From a virus: a stretch of DNA of 64,000 nt. A model generated the notes under the pieces. That model had not been told where the DNA came from and did no database searches. It worked only from the letters and a program-made list of their open reading frames with translations. Below are positions 29,243 to 39,635 of the stretch, one piece after another (position 1 is the first letter of the stretch; each line of letters opens with the position of its first letter). Position numbers and translations under genes: made by a program. The stretch lies in IMG/VR virus record IMGVR_UViG_3300010397_000005, positions 8,934 to 72,933 of that record; one strand, 5' to 3'.

Positions 29243-31560
29243 CTACCCCCGCACGCGGCTGAGCACTTCATTCGCAGCGATCCACGCCGGATCTGACATC
29301 CACGCCTCACCTGTCTGTTCGAAGCGTGACATCAGCCCTGCCAGCGCCGCGACGAGTTGCGCGTGGTTATTCAGCGCCGTTAGCACGAACGCCTTATCGT
29401 CATCGTTCGGCGCTTCCAAATACTTCACGTTGACAAACATCATTGCGCGGCCATTGGCTTCGGTCAGCGCCAGCCGATCTCCGTCGCGCGCGATCCACCG
29501 TACGGGCGTGATTGGCCCGATCTGCTCACCCAGCGCCCGCTCCGGTTGCGTGCTTACTTTCCCTGCTCGATCGCAATCGCCACAAAGCCAGGTTTCGGCC
29601 TCCGGCGTCACGTCTTCCCTGCCCGGCGCCTGCAAGTACCAGTCACAGGTTTCAGTATCATTTTCGTAGGCCGTCACCGGGATCGACTCCTGCGCGCCGC
29701 ATTGAGCACAGGTTAACGTGATCTCCGTGTCGCACTCATGCCCCTCCATCGTCGCATTCGTCCCCTCAACCCCGCACTGATCACAAGTGGCGGTATAGTC
29801 CGGCGCTTCTAAATCCTCGAACATCTGATCGAACTCACATCGTTCACTCGCTGTCGCTTTCGTCATGGTTGTCATTTACGTTCACTCCTCCCCGTCGAAT
29901 TCGTCACAGTTGCAATCCTTCACGTAGCACTGGCCGATCTCGAAATCCTCAACCTCAAGCCGTGGATCTCCCTCGCGCGCGTGCTGCCAGTCTGAATGGC
30001 CGCAGGAACACTTGCCGATCTTGCGAAAGTAGCCCTGTGCGTTCATGTCTGATTGATAAGTGTCCTGTATCTGATCTGAGTCGAGCATCGAAGCGAGGTT
30101 CTTTGCCTCCTGCAACAGCTCGCCGTAGCTTAGACCATCGACATATTGCTGCAACCACTCTTGCGGATTGCTCCATTTGTAAGTTTTCTCTGTTGCCGTC
30201 ATTGTCATTTGCGTGCTCCTGTCTCAGTCTGACGAGCCGCCCTTTCAGCTTCGTGTATCAAGTAAGCGAGCTGATCGCGTCGTCTGTCTCCAGCATTGCG
30301 CGCATAAACCGAAACGCCGTGGCCCACGTTGACGTAACCCATAAACTCACGCTTGAATCCCCGTCGAGATAGAGCCGCGTCGAACTGCGCCTTAGTCAGA
30401 TCGCGAATAGTTGTCGCCATTTCTTACACTCCTCTCAGGTTTAGTTAAACTACTTATGCAACGTCACAAACATGGTCCGCCCGTAGCTCAACGTCGTGTA
30501 CATGATCCCGTTCGTAATCCGTCTCGGACCATCCTGCGGGAAGCGCCTGATCAACTCTCGCTGCATCTCCCGCACCGATCCCCAGCCCGACTCAAAAGTG
30601 GTCGGCGGCTTCACTCTCGGCGCGATCGGCGTCCCGTTATCCGCAACATCCTCCGGCCAGTGTTTGATGATGGTCATGCGCATCGTCTCCGCTCCTTACT
30701 AAGAATTCGCCGCCGTTGTCTTCGAATACAGGATCGCCTGCTTCAATATGTCGCCGAGTATGAAGGCGGTACTCCCCGCTATCAACCCGACGCTGAACTG
30801 TCGAAGTTGAGCAAATAGCGCACGAACCTTTTTCGTCGTAAAGTTGATATTCCATTTGTCTGAATCCTCCACTCGCTTGTACTCAGCCCTGAGTCAGCCC
30901 TCCACTCGACGAGCCTCCGGTCGCATCGCCGTCGTGTGGTCATTCGGCGCTTCATCGTTGTTGTGCTCGCCCCAGCAACCGACACATACATCCTCGGCAC
31001 AACCAATGCAGAACCGCACAGGAAAACAGCCGTCATGCTCGCACGAAGGACAACCCTGACTGATCTCCTGCGCGGCAGACGTTAATAGCTTGTCGTTCAT
31101 CATCATTTCTCCTCGTCCCACGACAACCCGCTCAGCCTGTAGAACCGCTCGACTCCCACTACCTGCACGATCACATTGCCATGATGACCGTAGTCCTCGA
31201 TGTCGATAATCACGCAGCGCTGTCCGTAGACTTCGCAGGTCTGGCCGATTTGTGGCTTAGGTCTAGGTGTCCTCATTGTCTCAATCTCCTCTTTCGTGTT
31301 CGTCATCGTCATAGTGAGTGCATCCTACTCCTTCGTGATAACTCAATGAGGCATCGCGGTCGAATTGTTTAGTTGCCCGTAGAACGCCACGCAACAAACG
31401 CCTCCCTCAGTGTCGGATGCTGACCCTTGCGATAGCTTGCGAGCACTTGCCGAGCAACGGAATCCATTTTCATCGGCTGAATCCCGTTAGCGTGTACGTA
31501 CTGCCGAACTTGCTCTAATGTGAACTTTTTACCCGGCGTCATAATGTCGATGATGGTCAT
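29243..31560 (-). CDS. Promoter-proximal small early genes (29243-29875, 29882-30208, 30205-30420, 30450-30683, 31103-31312, 31369-31560)
   Basis: Strong RBSs and tight packing; several Cys/His-rich. Confidence 0.55.
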
Positions 31561-31625
31561 AGTGAATAGTCCTTTCTGCGATGCCTGATTCAGTTATCAA
31601 AGAGCGCGTCAATCGAACAATCCGC

Positions 31626-31654
31626 ATCCTACTCCTGTTGCTATACAATGTCAA
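31626..31654 (-). promoter_or_regulatory. Sigma70 early promoter
   Basis: TTGACA-17-TAGGAT. Confidence 0.7.
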
Positions 31655-31659
31655 GCGAA

Positions 31660-31929
31660 TTATTCAGCCGTTCTGAAATAATTTGCGGGCAATAGCGTCA
31701 CGACGGGTTTGGCTCTTAGCTCAGGCCTAAACTCGGAACCGTTGACTAGCGACATATAAGGTGCTTCTCTGTCGCTCGTGGCCCACACTGTCTGCGGTAG
31801 CTGGTACATGTCGGCGTCTACTTTAGCGCCAACCATGGCCGTGTGAAGCGCGTCCTGCGCTTTTGTCAGCTTGTATGACTGTGATCTCCTGCCAGTTGTG
31901 AATTGCGTATGCAGTGTTGTTTTTGTCAT
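31660..31929 (-). CDS. Hypothetical protein (leaderless)
   Basis: ATG 31929 is 7 nt after the -10 box. Confidence 0.55.
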   Translation of the reverse strand: MTKTTLHTQFTTGRRSQSYKLTKAQDALHTAMVGAKVDADMYQLPQTVWATSDREAPYMSLVNGSEFRPELRAKPVVTLLPANYFRTAE

Positions 31930-31936
31930 ACCTCGC

Positions 31937-32041
31937 ACCCTACTATCATTGTCTAGCGTTGTCAAGCATAATCTCAATTATTTCACCGTTCAAGTTGACC
32001 GCTAATAAATGCTTGACATAGATTGACGACTAGTGTAGTCT
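31937..32041. promoter_or_regulatory. Divergent sigma70 promoters at the early/late strand switch
   Basis: Minus: TTGACA-17-TAGGGT (31965..31937). Plus: TTGACA-17-TAGTCT (32013..32041). Confidence 0.7.
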
Positions 32042-32051
32042 GTGCCTCGAC

Positions 32052-32213
32052 ATGGCGACAACGACTAAGGACAAAATGTTATTCGCCCGCGTGGAAGAGG
32101 CACTAATTCGGCGACTTAAACGGGTAGCGAAACAGATCGACCGCCCGCCTTCATGGGTAGTGAGGGAAGCGGTGAAGGCTGAATTGGATCGAATCGAAGG
32201 CAAGGTCAAATGA
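32052..32213 (+). CDS. Ribbon-helix-helix repressor (53 aa, below ORF-track cutoff)
   Basis: Manual translation MATTTKDKMLFARVEEALIRRLKRVAKQIDRPPSWVVREAVKAELDRIEGKVK; ATGA overlap with the next gene. Confidence 0.75.
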   Translation: MATTTKDKMLFARVEEALIRRLKRVAKQIDRPPSWVVREAVKAELDRIEGKVK

Positions 32214-32563
32214 TTTCAGCCGCTCGCATTGCCAAGCTAGAGAAAGCGATACGCCTGCGAGCGAAGCTGTTAGATTTCGATCGTGATGTACCGCCATTCA
32301 CAGCGGGCGTTTACAGAATCCGCAATACCAAAACAGGGGATTGCTACATCGGAGCCGCAAGCAACTTAAGAGCGCGAGCATCTGGGCATCGTCATATGCT
32401 GTCATTTGAGGCGCACACGAAGCTGATTCAGAAAGCTGTCAAGCGTCACGGAATAACAAGCTTAGTTTTCGAGGTTTTAATCATTTGCACGCCTGAGCAT
32501 TTAACTTTGTACGAGACGGCTTGTATTAAGAAGTTTCAGCCAGCATATAATACGCGAGTGTGA
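32210..32563 (+). CDS. GIY-YIG nuclease
   Basis: GVYRIRNTKTGDCYIG...RA..H...YE...QPAYN. Confidence 0.85.
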   Translation: MISAARIAKLEKAIRLRAKLLDFDRDVPPFTAGVYRIRNTKTGDCYIGAASNLRARASGHRHMLSFEAHTKLIQKAVKRHGITSLVFEVLIICTPEHLTLYETACIKKFQPAYNTRV

Positions 32564-32588
32564 GAGCGCTCGGACCGCAGCGAAAGAG

Positions 32589-32957
32589 GTGAGGGAGATG
32601 AGAGTCGAAACTTGGACGTTTTCAGGAATGCCGATGGGCAAGCGCAGTCAAAGCCGAACGGCGGTTGCTACGAAATACTTTAGCGGCACCATTGAATTAC
32701 GCGGTGCGTATCCGCTAATGCGCGCAGTCGTCCGCGAGCAGTTTCCGGCTGGCAGGATTAAGAAATACGATGATTTTAACTTGCTGGTTGGGACCACGGA
32801 TGGAAAGTACTCTGAATCTGCATTTCTGCCCGTGACGCGCATTGTTCGCTATAACGAAGCTGGCAGTAAGCATAAATGTGACGGACGCTGTTTGAATGCG
32901 AAGCGCGGTGATTGTGAGTGTTCTTGTAGTGGCGTTAATCATGGATTAGGCTCGTAA
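32589..32957 (+). CDS. Hypothetical protein with C-terminal Cys cluster
   Basis: CDGRCLNAKRGDCECSCSGVNHG. Confidence 0.65.
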   Translation: MREMRVETWTFSGMPMGKRSQSRTAVATKYFSGTIELRGAYPLMRAVVREQFPAGRIKKYDDFNLLVGTTDGKYSESAFLPVTRIVRYNEAGSKHKCDGRCLNAKRGDCECSCSGVNHGLGS

Positions 32958-32988
32958 CCAAAACCAACCAGGTTGAGGAGTTGAGGGA

Positions 32989-33597
32989 ATGCGAGTGCTG
33001 GTAGCCTGTGAATTCTCCGGCGTTGTAAGAGAAGCTTTCCGAGCGCATGGCCATGATGCGTGGTCCTGCGATCTTCTACCCTCTGAGCTGCCGGGCCCGC
33101 ACCTGCAATGTGATATTTTCTCCGTACTGGATCGCGACTGGGATCTGCTAATCTTTCACTGGCCCTGCACTTACCTTACGCGCGCACAAGCGGGCTGGTT
33201 CTTCAACCGTCCGAAGAAACCAAAGGCGCATATTCTCTATGGCTATCCTCGTTATCGGGCCATGAGGCGCTCAGCGCGCAGCTTCCGTTACCTGTTAAAC
33301 TCCCGCATTCCCCGGATCGCAGGCGAGAATCCGATTCCCTATCGAGATGCGCGACTGATTATGGGCGAACCAACACAGACAATTCAGCCTTACCAGTTCG
33401 GTCATCCTGAACGCAAAGCCACTTGTTTATGGCTGAGAAATCTGCCACCATTGCGGCCTACGGAGATAGTCTCCCTCCCGGAGAAGAAATCAGAGGCGCA
33501 ACGATTACATCATTTGCCACAGTCTCCCGATCGCTGGAAAGAACGATCTCGAACCTTTCCAGGCATTGCTGCCGCAATGGCTGAACAATGGAGTTAA
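32989..33597 (+). CDS. Phage cytosine-methyltransferase-like protein
   Basis: MRVLVACEFSG, WSCD, HWPCT (PC motif), ENP, QPYQFGH, KATCLWL, RSRTFPGIAAAMAEQW. Confidence 0.75.
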   Translation: MRVLVACEFSGVVREAFRAHGHDAWSCDLLPSELPGPHLQCDIFSVLDRDWDLLIFHWPCTYLTRAQAGWFFNRPKKPKAHILYGYPRYRAMRRSARSFRYLLNSRIPRIAGENPIPYRDARLIMGEPTQTIQPYQFGHPERKATCLWLRNLPPLRPTEIVSLPEKKSEAQRLHHLPQSPDRWKERSRTFPGIAAAMAEQWS

Positions 33598-33754
33598 CCC
33601 ATGCACCGCCTAACCCTCTCCGACTACGCTCTCGTCATCCTGCTCCTCCTTGCGCTCGCACTCGGGTTGAGCTACGGGTTACAACGGTGGGTGGTGCAGG
33701 TGAGTAGTGAGACGAGTGGGAGGATTGAGCGTGCAGGGAGGGATTACTAACCCC

Positions 33755-34025
33755 TTTGTGCCGCTACCCGCTCAAGCGTAATCAAGTCCTGCGAGTGAGG
33801 GTTGACCCTCTATCCGACTGCTTAATCTTCATTCTCGAAGAAACCCTCGGCAGCCGGAAGATTGCCAAACCTTACGCTTTCCTTACCGATCCTACTTGTT
33901 GGCAAGTGTTTGACGTGGCCCTCGATACCCTACAGCGAGGGCTCAAATTTTACCGTCTCGCTGGTATTTCAATACGTCGGACAAGCCGGAAATAGTCCAG
34001 CCGTAGAGAGCGATAGTCTACATCT
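33755..34025 (-). ncRNA. Candidate structured ncRNA of unknown family
   Basis: Nested helices found by eye; G-U pairs favour the minus strand (see findings). Confidence 0.45.
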
Positions 34026-34099
34026 TGTACTAAGTTCTTTGTATGCAATGAGTTAGCGATACTATTTTCTCTCCGTTTTTATCGTGCTAGTATTTCCGT

Positions 34100-34669
34100 A
34101 TGATTTCCACGAAATACGAACAGTTCTGGACGGAGCAACGAGGGTATGCGGCTTTAGGACTAGCAGAGGGTAAATCACAGGCAGAAGTGGCTGCTTTAGC
34201 AGGGGTGACTGATCGCACTATTCGCAATTGGCTGGACGATGATCGGTTTACGGCTGAGATTGATCGGTTATCGCTGATGGTAGGGGTAGCCAGTCGAGCA
34301 GAGCGACTCAGACTGGTCAATCGCTTAGTAAAACAGCGCGTCCGCGAGGAAGACGGATACATCATCACCGAGAAAGATCTCCTCGACTGGCTCAAATTCG
34401 CGCAATCAGAAACCGACGGGGCGAAGATCGATCTCAGTAAGTTAGCCGAGATGCTTGCAGGTGAGAGTGCGCAGCAGGCTGATGGACCAGCGACGCGACA
34501 ACTGGCGGGGACGATTGACGTAGAGGCTACACAGAGCGCGGTTGAGGCAGGGTTGGATACTGTTATGTTCACCGATGGTACGTCTACAGGTGGTAGTGAA
34601 AGTGGTAATTCGTCGTCGTTATCGCAAGATGTAGTAGCAGGACCAGACGAGGAGTTGAATCCATCATGA
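34100..34669 (+). CDS. Probable terminase small subunit (HTH)
   Basis: LAEGKSQAEVAALAGVTDRTIRNWLDDDRF HTH followed by helices; upstream of terL on the same strand. Confidence 0.6.
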   Translation: MISTKYEQFWTEQRGYAALGLAEGKSQAEVAALAGVTDRTIRNWLDDDRFTAEIDRLSLMVGVASRAERLRLVNRLVKQRVREEDGYIITEKDLLDWLKFAQSETDGAKIDLSKLAEMLAGESAQQADGPATRQLAGTIDVEATQSAVEAGLDTVMFTDGTSTGGSESGNSSSLSQDVVAGPDEELNPS

Positions 34670-34949
34670 GCCTGCCATCCGGTATACCATTGGCGTTTAT
34701 CGCCATCTCCAGTGGTCTGCTTTGGGGATTACTGGAAACGGTAGCGGTCCCCAAGAACGATAACGACTGGCCGGAGCTGCATCGCTGGTGTAGGGAAGTA
34801 TCCAGGATTATCTTCGCGGCGAGCACGATTGCGCTCATGCTGAAGGTATAAGCCCACTCTCAACAGTAGACCATAGACCACCACTACTCACAACTGCGCG
34901 CGAATCGCCACCGTCATCAATATCTATCATCGCCATTGGCCCACATGGT

Positions 34950-35207
34950 CTAACCCCTACGCCACCGTGCCACACTGGCCTTAATCCCGGCCACTAACTC
35001 GCTTGCTTCAGCCGCGCTGAGCTGTCCTCGCACAACCCAGTCTCGCGCTCCCTCCACACACGCTAATGAACAACGATCGCACAAGTCTCGATAGTTACCC
35101 TGCACCGTGTGGTAGTTCCAGCAGCGCGGGCACTTGCTACCGTCGGCGCGAGTGATGGAGACTATCACCTGTCGTAGTAGTAATTCGTCGTCGTTTGTCG
35201 TCGTCAT
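34950..35207 (-). CDS. Stand-alone FPG/IleRS-type zinc finger protein
   Basis: VSITRADGSKCPRCWNY...LCDRC. Confidence 0.7.
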   Translation of the reverse strand: MTTTNDDELLLRQVIVSITRADGSKCPRCWNYHTVQGNYRDLCDRCSLACVEGARDWVVRGQLSAAEASELVAGIKASVARWRRG

Positions 35208-35352
35208 CGATCCGTGTCATCAGCTCTCGGCACGCATCACCCTCACACCTCAAATCTAAAAGTGTTGGGGTAGGTGAGGGAGGTAGGTATGGGCTGAATG
35301 CAAATTTTCCCCTTTCCAACTTGCACAATATCTTGTTATCTGGCTTCTGTTC

Positions 35353-37592
35353 CTACTCCCCCGCTCTTGGAAAACTATAACTTTCCGCTTCCTTGTTCCG
35401 TTGTCGGCAATTCAATTTGCGACGCATTCGCTCGCGTGTTGCGACATTATTTATTTGCCGATGTCGCTCACAGTGGTAAGGCTCTTTCCAGTCTTTTCGA
35501 GCGTGTCTACGATATCCATTAGCAGATTCGCCACAGATGATACATTTACCATCGCACCGCTTTCGTAGCTGGTACTTACGCTGTCGGGAGATGTTCAGTC
35601 GCGTAAACTCATCGATAATTTCTTTAAGCATTTGCCGTACCTACGCCAGACAACACTCCCTATCAAACATCTCCCGCACGGTGCTCAGTTTCGTCGTAGT
35701 AGTGAAATCGGGATTCGTCTTAGCGAGCAGCAGGTGAACCAACTCGTGAATCAACCCCGTATCGGAGAGCAGGTGCTGTGCCTGTTGCTCCTTCAGCCAG
35801 CATGTAATGCAGGCGAAGTGGGTGATATTCAGTAATTCGTCAGTGAATTCCTCGTCTGACATCAGCGTGTAGCGTCGATAGTCTTCGCGCAGGGCAGAGT
35901 ATGACAGCAGGTAGTGATTATTGGGATGATTATCGGGATCGTAACTGATCATAGGCTAGCTCGTTTCGTGCTTGTTATAATTCGATTTCCTTCTTTGTCA
36001 CTATCCCATCCCGCACGCTGACACGCTCGATTGTGTCGCCGCCTTCCCAAACCAGCGTCGCTTCTAATATGCCCGTGCTCTCTTTCAGCGCTGGCTCAAG
36101 AATCCACTCCCAGAACGTCCCCGATCCTTCTCCGGTCATGTCGAATTCAGTAACGGTGAAGTTACCATCGGCCAAGGTGCCCGTAATTTCCTGCTCGCAC
36201 CCACACTCAAGCACGGCTACATTCGACTGTGGATCATCTACATGGAATTCAGGATGCCAGTCAGTGCGCTTATGGCGAAAGAACGCAGCCTGCAGGATGG
36301 TGAGATTCTCAAGTTTGCGAGTCTTCCATCGACTGATATCGTAGCCCATCACTTATCTCCGTTCTAGTTCATCTGCCCTTTCAGTTCCAGTGCCGCCCCC
36401 AGCGCCCATAGTCTCACCGTGATCTCCGCTGACTGGTCGTCGAGATCTCCGAGTGCATCGAGAACCATTCCCGCCAACCTCGGCTCGTACCCATCCAGCA
36501 CGAGATAGATGACGATCGGATAGTCGAGCAGGAGATCGAGGGCGTCGTCAGGGGTCATTGCAAGGATACTCCGTTAGCCCACGTCTCCTGACCGAACCAT
36601 TCCATTAGTGCGCGAATAAACAGCCCGCGACACTCTTTACAAATCCGCAACGCGTAGAACTTGCGCCCGTCGCTGGCGATGTGATCGTAGATTGTAAACG
36701 GCACTCCTGTCTCGTTTAGACTGTAGAGACAGGCGAGCAGCAGCGTGCGCAAGTCCGGCGACTCCGTGCCGCAGCGCTGGCATTTTTCTTCGGCTGTTAT
36801 AGTCATAAATTGAACCTCGCCCACTTCGTCCTCAGCCACAACCACGCTTTGAACCACCGAGGCAGGAGATGACGAGTCAGTTCCACACTGGTGTCGCGCC
36901 ACTCCGTCACCGGAGCGCCATCCGGCAGATCGAGCGAGTTGGCATCGAGACAGAGCGAGACGAGATGGCGGTTGTAGATTCGTACTTCCCACGGGCGCAT
37001 GGCGAAGGGGTAGTGAGGGATGAGTGCTGCGTCGTCTTGAAAGTGATTAGCAGTCACTTCGATAGTCCTCGTTGCTTTAACCATCTAGTCATCCCGCTAC
37101 CCGGTAGTCCGTCTTCCATGTCTGTCGTAATCATTGAAGACATAACACTTACTTCTGGTAGCGGCTGCACACTGACCGTATGGTTCAGTATTGTGCGAAT
37201 CCACTCAGACAGGGTCTGGTTTGCGTATTTGGCGGCAGTCTCCCATCTTCTTTTCTCGGCAGGGTTAACGCGCAGTACGATCATGGCATGACGAGCGCAA
37301 CCTGTCGGGAGTTGTGGGCGTCCTCGACTATGTGAATAGATGGAAGTCATAAGTATGGCCCACCCCACTCTCTCAACTTCCCTCGATCCCTCGTTCTCCA
37401 GTAATCCTCCAAGTTCACCCCGCCACTCACGGGCCAGTCGAAGCGCACCCACGCAGGTACAGGCGGCAGTGAATCAGGTAAGCGCGCATCCTCCCATGCC
37501 ACGAGCTGGCGAATGATCGGCGCAGCAGGGAGCTTGTAGTGGGCTTCTACGGTGTAGAGCAGGCGTAGTTCACGGGTAAGTCTGGTGCTCAT
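35353..37592 (-). CDS. Run of small inverted accessory genes, including a probable RHH protein in the 37054 frame
   Basis: 35353-35631 (CxxC), 35641-35952, 35975-36352, 36364-36558, 36803-37084, 37347-37592; IVLRVNPAEKRRWETAAKYANQTLSEWIR is RHH-like. Confidence 0.5.
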
Positions 37593-38059
37593 AGCTTGAA
37601 CCTACTTCTCGCATCATCCTCATACCGGATCTCATCCACTGCCTCGGCCCTGCCCCACCCTGCGTACAGGCGATTTGGAAAGTTCAACACAACTGCATTC
37701 CATAACCCGACGTTCTGATAAGCATGAACCACTCCCGGCGGCACTAGTACTGAGACTGGATTCGCCTCACCGACTTCGAGAACGATCTCCTCCCTTGATG
37801 ATCGATTGTCCCAGAGGCGGAGCTTGAACTGTCCGCACAAAAAGACGAAGAAATCCGATTGCTCGCGATGCTCGTGCGGGCCACGGATGACGCCGGGGCG
37901 GGTGAGGGAGATATAGGCCATTACGGGATTAAACGAAAACATCCCTAAACCTATATAAAAATCATCCTCCCTCCACGCTTCGCTCAGCCAGCCGCGCGGG
38001 TCCGAGTGACGGGTGAGCGGCGTGATGACAACGCCTGCGATTTTGTTCTCAGTGGTCAT
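37589..38059 (-). CDS. rmlC: dTDP-4-dehydrorhamnose 3,5-epimerase-like cupin
   Basis: IAGVVITPL.RHSDPRGWLSE, SLTRPGVIRGPHEH, DNR, VPPGVVHAY. Confidence 0.85.
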   Translation of the reverse strand: MTTENKIAGVVITPLTRHSDPRGWLSEAWREDDFYIGLGMFSFNPVMAYISLTRPGVIRGPHEHREQSDFFVFLCGQFKLRLWDNRSSREEIVLEVGEANPVSVLVPPGVVHAYQNVGLWNAVVLNFPNRLYAGWGRAEAVDEIRYEDDARSRFKL

Positions 38060-38479
38060 TTGGATTCGTCACAATCTCATTCGTCCCACCCAACTGGCAG
38101 GCCCAGCAAATCCCCTGCTCGTCACAGCGTTCCACGTGCTCCTCGATCGCCTGTCCCACCAACCCTGTTCCCGGACAATGATTCTCCTCGATGTCGAAGA
38201 CAGCGTCGTAGTCGGAGCTGTCCGGCACTTCGACCGGGATAGTGAAAGTGCAGCGGACGTGGACGGTGCGACTCATCGCTACTCAATTCTCCGCAGCGCT
38301 TTCATTAACGGCTGCAAATCCTCAATCGTCAACGGATTCTCTTTTGAGCCGCGGCCTGTGCGTAGTGCTCGATACAGATCGCGCGAGTAAACGCGGTAGC
38401 GCAAGCGCCAGAAGACGCGACGGACCAGTGTCGGCAAGTTGTGCAGCTTGACTTTTGGGCTCTCCGCCATTGACTCCTA

Positions 38480-38508
38480 ACAATATCTTGTGCGATGATG
38501 GATGTCAA
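38480..38508 (-). promoter_or_regulatory. Sigma70 promoter for the rmlC-containing inverted operon
   Basis: TTGACA-17-TATTGT. Confidence 0.6.
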
Positions 38509-38768
38509 GGAGGAAGTGGTAATCAATGTCCGATTTTCCCGAGAAGTGCGGCGCACGCCATCCGAAATACGAGAACGTCGGACCATGCCAGATTTACGTC
38601 GATGAACAGGGGCATACGCCAACGCTTATTCCACATCGCGGCATCGCTGAAGGAGTGGTAGAAGTCGGGTTTGATTGCGTAAAGAAACGGCCCATCTTTG
38701 AATATCGCCGCTGGTGGCGCGAGTGGTATGATGAGCCGCGTGCTGATTGGACCGTAGTCCGTTAGTGA

Positions 38769-39551
38769 TTATCTCCGTGGGATGTACTTACCACTTAACT
38801 CGATAGCTCTTGCTAGTAAACTAAATCCAGTTTGACCATCGCCGAAGTAGTAAGTACTCCAGTTCTCGGGTGTCATTTCCATATATGGTTTGGCCCGCAG
38901 TGCCGTCATTCCGAGACTCCATCGTTCCTCGCTTGATAGATCGTAATAAGCATCCCAATCAGCTTCTCCGTCCTCGTCCACTTTGTCCGGCTTCCAATCT
39001 GATACTCCGGCGTTCGGAAAGCTATCGCAGACGCTATAGCTTGTTACGACTGGCTCGTCGTCACGTTCGCGTAAGTGTTCAATTGCAGATTCCCAGCCAG
39101 AGTCAGATCGGAGGATTCCCGATTTGCGGCCTTGTTCGATAATCCCAGCCAGCCAGTTGCGATTTTTACCTTCGATATAAGTGTGAATCTCACACTGACC
39201 GTGTAATCGTGCTGAGAGAATAATCGGATCAGATCCCATGACGATGGCAGTATTCAGCGTGGCGCTAAACACGTCGATCGGACTACCGCCAATTACCAGT
39301 ATCGAGCTATCCATAGCGACGCGAAGGGCTGTTGACAAAGTATCGGCAAACTGTCTTCCAGTCTGTTTCGCAGCGTAGTGGGACGGGTCAAGGATACTTC
39401 TCAGAACATGCGGACGATCAGGCGGATAGTCGTAGTCTGATATACCCAGTGCCGAGAGAAACATATCGCTGATCAAGTGGCCCATGAAGGCACGTTCCGA
39501 GCCTCTGACTTCGGATTCGTGTGATGGTGAGTGGAAGTAAATACGTGACAT
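38769..39551 (-). CDS. Hypothetical protein
   Basis: 260-aa ORF from ATG 39551 with GGGAG RBS; TTGACA-18-TATATT upstream. Confidence 0.65.
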   Translation of the reverse strand: MSRIYFHSPSHESEVRGSERAFMGHLISDMFLSALGISDYDYPPDRPHVLRSILDPSHYAAKQTGRQFADTLSTALRVAMDSSILVIGGSPIDVFSATLNTAIVMGSDPIILSARLHGQCEIHTYIEGKNRNWLAGIIEQGRKSGILRSDSGWESAIEHLRERDDEPVVTSYSVCDSFPNAGVSDWKPDKVDEDGEADWDAYYDLSSEERWSLGMTALRAKPYMEMTPENWSTYYFGDGQTGFSLLARAIELSGKYIPRR

Positions 39552-39635
39552 TTTGACTCTCCCTGCGGACGGATTATGAAGTAACAATATATTGTACACT
39601 CGTCGATTTTGTCAAGTGCTGTATACTGCGCGTTG

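Noticed and set aside
7056-31372. Many plus-strand ORFs over the early arm, and minus-strand ORFs over the structural genes
   Set aside because: They are antisense shadows of better-supported genes in GC-rich DNA, with no RBS or motifs. Exceptions are 14007-14219 and 14244-15713.
33985-34020. Group I intron R/S-like words (GCCGTAGAGA, ATAGTC)
   Set aside because: The words are adjacent with no room for P8, there are no P/Q elements, and no interrupted gene.
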